From assembly GCA_951406725.2 (NCBI GenBank), contig OX597837.1:18786001-18850000 (forward strand): a stretch of 64,000 nt of DNA, written 5' to 3'. The position numbers were made by a program, and so were the translations under genes. Under the pieces are notes generated by a model. That model was given only the letters and a program-made list of their open reading frames with translations. It was not told the origin of the DNA and made no database searches. This document shows, in pieces, positions 51,859 to 60,100 of this stretch; positions within the stretch are counted from its first letter, which is position 1; each line of letters starts with the position of its first letter. The DNA comes from Octopus vulgaris (lineage: Eukaryota).

Positions 51859-54529
51859 CCTAGCGGTTATGATGTTGCACCCATGATTCCAAGATCATGG
51901 TTTCAATTCCTGGACAATTCTAATACTGGCTTGGTGCCAGTATTAGAAACTGATGCTTAATTACTAATCCAAGGGTCAGGTTTACACTCCCTCCCCATCC
52001 TGCTCCCTTCTATGTTTACTCAGTTGGTAATGAATCTCAAAAATATCTTTATTTCTCCTTTGCCAGTAAATATGAATAATATTTTTGACCTTCTGCGATT
52101 TGCCATGATATACAGTGCTGAGAATCTTCAAAAGACCTGTCTTCAAGGGATCTGTGATAATATTACTCATTTTCTGGAATTAAGGTAAGTTGTTACATTA
52201 AGAAATTTGTATAGGATTTATTTTGTGGGTGGATCAGCTTTGGGTTCAGAAGTCAAATAATTTTTGCAACACTTGTATTGTGTGTGTGTGTGTGTGTGGT
52301 TACGGGCATGGCTGTAGATACAGTCATGTCTTTGTGGTAAGAAGTTTGCTCCCCAACCACATGGTTCTGGGTTCAGTCCCATTTAGGCTAAATGTTGCTT
52401 CTAATTTAGCTGATAAATTCTTTCAGGCTTTAGATAAACATATCCCTAAATCTTGCCCATATCATAAAATTTTTAATTGGCACACAGTTAAACTAGCATA
52501 CTCTACAATACCCAATATTGCTGAATATATAACTACATTTAATTTCAGTAAATTAAACTGGATAGCTAATAATAATACAACAAATAATAGTACATCCAAT
52601 ATAGCAATCTCTAGCAACATAAACAATCCAAATGTAACATCTGCTGCAAATAATCAATATACCATCATACCGATGTTCTTAATTTCAGTAACAATATTAT
52701 TAATGATAATGCAACTAAACTTATTATACCTACTAATAATCTAGATAAGTCTACTTTTTGTAACTGCCGTAATAAATCTATGTGTCAAATTAATAACCAA
52801 TGTATTAGGAAAAATATAATATTTAAGTACCCTATCACTGCTCTTGGTAAAGAGCATGTCTGCATTGGTGCATCCTCTTCCTCATTCAAATCACGAATCT
52901 ACATTTTTGTATAAAGAAAAGACTATTAATTCATCTCAAGCTAAATTCATACATTCTCTCATAGATAAAAATATTGAATATAAAATTACTTGGTCCATTG
53001 TATGTAATGCACAACCATATAATAGTAGAATAGATGATGTGGGCTCTGTATATCTGAGGCATTCCATACTTATAAGATTAATAAACCTAAATCAATTACG
53101 ATTAATCAGCATGAGGAACTAATTATAAGATGTCAGTATTTATATATTGAATTAAAAGCAGCTCTGATAACGTAAACTTTACTGATGTCACATACTTAAT
53201 GTCATGTGTTTGGTTTATATGATTATTGGTTACTCGATTCGTCCAGAGAAAAGTTCTTTTCAGACATTGAGTGTTAAAAAACACTGAATACCTCGAACCA
53301 GATGAAATGAATTACCCCATAAGTGAATGAGAATAGTGAATATTGATATTTCACTTTTATTTCACTTCATCAGGTGTACGGTGCCAACAAGTTGAAATAA
53401 TAAAAACATTCATCCCCACTATCCTCGTTCACCTAAAGGTGATTTGTTTCATCTAGTTTGTGGTATTCAGTTTGTTTCTAACACTCAATGTTTTAAAGGG
53501 ATATTTCCTTGGATGAACCCTGCGGCCAATAAGTGCATGAAACCAAACACATACTTTAAGTCAGTAATATTTTGCCGAATCTTTAGCAGAATTAGAGAAG
53601 AGGCAAGAGTAAGGAAAGCAAGGATGAAGTGTCAGTTAGGTTGTGAAGGTGGAGGTAGAGGTGGGGTATGTGGGAGTGAGTGTAAGGGATGGGATAGGGT
53701 GGGATGGGTAGGGAATGTGGGGTTGGATTATGTAGGGGTGGGGTGAGGTTATGAGAGAGGGTTGACGATGAAGGGAGAAGAAGGTGGGTAGGAGTGAAGA
53801 GAAGAGAGAAGTAGAGTAGGAGTGAAGAGAAGAAGTAGGAGTTGGAGCAAGAGAGGCGAGGTGGGTGGGAGGAAGTAGGTGTGAGGGGAGAGGGGAGGAG
53901 GTTAGATGAAGAGGGAAGGAGAGTTGAGCCCATGTGGCACAAAGGAGCGAAGAGAGAAGATTAATCCCTGTTCACGGTGCAAATGGGAGTCCAGCTTTCC
54001 CCACTCTCACCTCCCCCACCTCCCAACACCATCACACCACTACTCCATACACCACCAAACCACACATCACATCACATAACACCACCACGCACACACTAGC
54101 ACTGACCATTTCCCAGCCTCACATCCACACACCTACACATACACATGCTCACATCAAGGTCACCAGCCATCTTCCACGTGCACATACATACTCTCTTATA
54201 CACACATGCGTGCACACCTCCATTTTGGGATCACCACTACTTTATTATCTCTCCTTCTTCCTAGCTCTCCTGCCTGACCCTTCTGTCCGGCATTCGCCAT
54301 GATAGATTGCTAGCCACTACACAGTTTTTATTTTCTCTCCTTGTTCCTTTCTGTGGAAGAGAGTAGGCTCGAAATGTCAAAGACTTTCTCACTTCCCGAG
54401 CATTAAACTAATACATCTGTTTGTTGTCTACATCACCTGTCTTCGTCTTTTTTTTGTGTGAATTCTCTCTCTCTCTCTCTATGTATATATGTATATATAT
54501 ATATGTATATGTATATATATATGTGTGTG

Positions 54530-54577
<48 letters not shown>

Positions 54578-55701
54578 GTATATATAGATATATATAGGCA
54601 TCTTCGTAATTTAGCGGTTCGGCGAAAGGGTCCGATAGAATAAGTACTAGGCTTACAAAGAATAAGTCCTGGGGTCAATTTCTTTGACTAAAGGTACTGC
54701 TCCAGCATGTCAAATGACTGAAACAAATAAAAGAATAAAAAAGTAAAAGAATATATATATATATATATATAAAGGGTAAAGACCCCCTTCAGTCATGAAT
54801 GACCATGGGGTTGCACCTAGAAAGTTACCCTCAGAGGCTCAAGTCCAGGCAAAGTTGTTTATGAAAGACCGGCAGTCACCCATGCATACAGATCTCCCCT
54901 CTCTACACCTCTGATGTTATCCAAGAGAAAGGCAAACGCTGAAGCACCTTGGCACCAGTGACATTGCAACTCATTTCTACAGCTGAAAGAACTGGAGCAA
55001 TGTGAATTGAAGTATCTTGCTCAAGAACATACCACACAGCCTGGTCCTAGAATCATCATTATGAGCCCAGTGCTCTAACCACTGAGCCATGCACCTTCAC
55101 ATATCTGTGTGTGTATCTGTCTATCTATCTATCTATCTATCTATATATATATATATATATATATATATTAATAAATGTATTGAAATTATCTTCCCTTTGA
55201 GAGAATTCAAATCCATGTGGTTGAGAACGAAACTCCTCACCATTATAGCCATTCTTACTCATCGTAAAAATTTAGTAACAAGCTACCATGAAAATATCTC
55301 CTATATAACATCTTTTTATAGAATTGAATCACACTCATCAAATCCCTGTACAGAATTATAATGCTCTCATTGTTGTGTCCCTTATCAGAATGACAATTCT
55401 CCATTGATCACATGTTCTTATCCTTTTACAGATTGCTTGATCCAGTTGAAGAAGAAGTAATGTATGAGATTTCCAAGTTTTATAAGGAAAATGTAAGAAT
55501 TCATCAAATTTTCTTCTTAACTCCACCATGAATTTCATTGAATTTAGGCTCAGGCAAGGCTCTGTGGTAAGAAGCTTGCTTCCCAACCATGCAGTCTCCA
55601 GTTCAGTTCCATTTTGCAGCACGTGTCTTCCACCATAGTCCTGGGCCAACCAAAGCCTCAGAAGTGTGTTTAGTTGACAGAAACTGAAAGAAACCCATCA
55701 A

Positions 55702-55733
<32 letters not shown>

Positions 55734-57126
55734 TTGTCATGATGGTGCCATTTTAAAAGCGCCCAATATGCATTCTATGGAGTGGCTGGCATTAGGAAGG
55801 GCATCCAACTGTAGAAAACATGCTGAAACAGACAATGGGGTCTGGTATGGCCCCTAGCTTTACCAGCTCTGGTCAAACTATGTAACCCAAGCCAGTATGG
55901 AAAATGGATGTTAAATAATGATGATGAGATATATACACACACACACATATATGGCTTTTGTCAACATGGAGACAGTCTTTGACAGGGTCCCCTGCTCCCT
56001 TATCTGGTGGTCAATGTGGAAGCTAAGGATAGACAAGTGGTGAGTGAGGGCTGTACAAGCTATGTACAGTGACGCTGCCAGTAAGGTGATGGTTGGCAAT
56101 GAATATAGCAGTGAATTCAGTGTTATAGGTAGGAGATCACCAGGGCTCAGTTCTCAGACCTCTCTTGTTTATCTTAGTTCTCCAGGCCTTAACAGAGGAA
56201 TTCAAGACCAGCTGCCCCTGGGAACTTCTTTACGCAGGTGACCTTGTTCTTATAGTTGAATCACTGCCTAACCTTGAGAATAAATTTCAGGTGGGGAAAC
56301 AAGGCCTTTGGACACATAAGAGGTGTAGCACTATCACAAGAAGGTCGGCAGAGAATATAGTCTTTGTGTGTGGAAAACGTGCAGGAACAATAACCACTAA
56401 AAATGTGCAGACAATAGATTCACTCAAATTCACTCAAATGCTTGGAAGGATCATCAGAAGCAGTTGATAGCTTCTTTAACCTAAGAGACCAAGTTAGCAG
56501 GGGTAGAGGAAGTTCTGATAGTACGGTTGTTAGAATAAGAACAGGCTGAGCAAAGTTCAGAGAGTTTCTACCTTTATTGGTAATTAAGGGCCTCTCCCTC
56601 AGTGAAAGGTAGATTTACGATGCCTGCGTATATACAGCTATGTTACATGGCAGTGAAAAATAGGCTTCGACTACAGAGGACTTGCAAAGGCTTGAAAAAG
56701 AAATGAAGCCAGCTTACTTGGTTGGATAGTTAATGTCAGTGTGTATGCACGATGGGGTGTACATAATTTAAGAGGAAAACTGGGTAGAAGAGGCATCAGA
56801 TGGTGTGTGCAACAGGGAAGTCTGCACTGGTTTGGTTATGTGATGCGTATGAATGAGGACAGCTGCGTAAGGAAGTGCTGAACTGTAATTGTGGAACATA
56901 CCTGTAGAAGGGGTAGACCCAGGAAGACATGGGACAAAGTGGTGAAAAAGGATCTTCAGACACTGGGCTTCACTGAGAAAATGAAAAGGGACCGGGAGTT
57001 GTGGCAATTTGCTGTACTTGATAAGACACGTCAAGCTAAGAAAAATTATTGTCTTCCCCACACATAGAGCCTTGTCCTTTCAGGTGCCTGTGCTACAAAA
57101 AAAAAACAATAATAATAATAATAATA

Positions 57127-57165
<39 letters not shown>

Positions 57166-60100
57166 AACATTGTCAACTTAAAACTCTTAGAATTGAAATA
57201 TTACAAATTTAACAGAATCTTAGTTCTCAGATTCAGGTCTCCTTCCCCTACAACACATCATTGATAATCATAAATAACATCCATAGTAAAACAGCCAATT
57301 TACTGTTATTTAAGGTTTCTGGATGCAACTAGGAAGAGTTCACATAAAAGAAAGCAACACTCACCATCATCTTATCACCAAATTACTTTTAAAACAAACT
57401 TCTAGTTTTCTTATGTTTTGACAGACACTTTCTAGAACAATACTCTGTGCAAAACCAAAAATGTGGCACCATAGTCGTTATACTAACTTGTACTTCTAAC
57501 TTGTCTCTTGATGTACAACTTGTACAAATACAAAGCAAAAGCCAAACATAAAGAGGGGTTGGACAAAATAATGGAAACACCTTAAAATTTCAAACAAACT
57601 TATTTTAATATGGGGTAGGATCACCTTTGGCAATAATTACAACTTGAATTCTACGAGGTATGGACTCATACAAAGTTTGAATTGTTTCCAAAGGAATTTT
57701 TGTCCATTCTTCAGCTAAAACAGTCTCCAGTTCTTGTAGTGATGATGGTGGAGGATATCAACTCCTTACTTGTTTTTCTAAAATGCACCATAAATGTTCT
57801 ATAATATTCAGATCTGGGGACTGAGGTGGCCAGAAAAGATGTCCAACTTCACTAGAATGTTCCTTGTGCAATTCAGTAACAACTTTAGCTGTGTGAATTG
57901 GTGCATTATTATCCTGAAAGATTGCGTTTCTCTCCGGAAACAGTTCTGCAACCATAGGATGAATTTGATCAGATAAAATGCTTAAACAGTCTTGTCTATT
58001 TATTCTGCCATGAAAGGGAACCATTAGGCCAGCAGATTTCCAAGATATAGCCCCCACAGATCATCACAGATCCTCCATGTTTAACAGTTGGAAGTAGGCA
58101 GTCTGGGTCAAATGCTTCTTTTGGCTGTTTCCACACGTATACTCAGCTGGTGGTCAGAAATTAGGTAAAGGCTGACTCGCCAGAGAAAATAACATTCTTC
58201 CACTGCTCTAGGAACCAATTCTGTAGGTTTTTTTACTCCACTCTAAATGCTTTGCAACATTTGTTTTTGAAAGTAGTGGTTTTCTGATTGCAGCCCTCCC
58301 ATGAAATCTGGCTTTGTCAGATTCTGGTGAACAGATTTTGTGGAAACTGGGTTCTGGAGGTGCTCATTAAGCTCTGCAGTAATTTTGGGAGCTATACTTT
58401 CGTGATGTTTTCTAACAATTCGCGTAAGAGTCCGATGGTCCCTGTCTGAAAGTTTTGGCTTTCTTCTGGAGTTTTGTTTCGACGAGGAGGTTTTTCCCTC
58501 TTTCTCAAAAGCTGTCATTACTTTCGAGACAATACTTCTTGATACACCAAACATTTCAGTCGTTTTCATTATGCTAGTTCCTGCCATATGAGAACCAACA
58601 ATTTGACCTCTTTGAAAGTCCGACAGATCTGTCATTTTAATGAATTTTAATTACCTATTTCTGATGATATCTGAAAAGAAACAGCAATTTTAGCAAAACA
58701 TATTAAGCAACACTAAAAATAAATCAAAAACATAAAAATAAAGAAGCTTTTGACGGTTTTATAAACATTTCAGAATTACAATGCTATGATGCTAGGTGTT
58801 TCTATTATTTTGTCCAGCCCCTGTATATATATATATATATATATATATACATAGGCCTATTCCCCATTTTATTTTTTAGGAGTGGGTAGCCACAACAAGA
58901 CACACATCAAGTATTCCGTTCATTTTCCAGCTCAAAGCCAAACAGACGATGACAACGATTTGTTTTTCGTTCTAATTTTGGCACAAGGCCAGCAATTTGA
59001 GGCTTAGTTTGGTAAAGGAGTTAGTTGATTAGATTGACTCTCCACTGATATTTGATCGGCACTTTATTGACCTCAAAAGAAGATGAACGGTAAAGTTGAC
59101 ATTGGTAGTATTTGAATTCAAAAAGTAAAGAACTTGAAGAAATGCCACTAAGCATTTTGTCCAACATGCTAAGGATTCTGACATCTGATTTAGGCACAAG
59201 GCCAGCAATTTCTTTGGGAAGGAGACTAATAGATTCCATTGATCCCAGGACTTGGCTGATGCTTCATTCTATCAACCCTTGGGGGTGGGGGAGCATTTTT
59301 TCCTGACATTCTAATGATTTTGTCTGATCCCAGGTTTCTCCCTAGACATCAAGGCTTTAAATTTTGGAGAGGAGAAACAATTGATTGCATTGACCCCTGT
59401 AGGTGACTGGAAGAAAGGTAAACTTATCTTTGGTGTGATCTGAATACAAAATGCTGGTGGACATAAACAATACCACAAGGTATTTTGACCATGATTCCAT
59501 CAATTTGTGCAGTCCAGATTTTTAAAATTCACAGGAGCCCCAAACATTTAGAGAAATGTAAATACAGTCATCACTTGCAAGTGACTATGACTGGTAACAC
59601 ATACCGTGCTATCACTAATTGTTTTCGGTGCTTATGTAGTCACAAGCATACATAGACACTCTCTCAGTCCCTACCACTGACCCAGCTGAGCACCCTACAA
59701 TGGGGAGAGAAGGTTGCCTCAGTATTTAGTACACATTACAGTAATGTGAGATGAAATGCCTGGCTCAGAGCATAACTGACCATTTGGTTTCATAACTTTA
59801 TGATCATGTGGAGTCACCTTTGTCTAGCGAATGCAACACAACTAAGTATATCAACCTCACTACTTGACCATTATACATTTTTTTCTTTTTTCCTTGTCAC
59901 CAAATTTTTTACTATTTATTTCTTTTGTAGTTAAAATCTGTGAAACATCGAGTGATCACACCATTTAGTGAAGGCCCTGACAGACAATACCTGGAACAAC
60001 TTGCTAAAGACTTTAGCAGCAGTAAACAAGTCACCCCAAAACCTCAAGCCACACCTGTGATCAAGAACAAAATTGGAAGGCGCCGTAGTCGTCATAAAAG

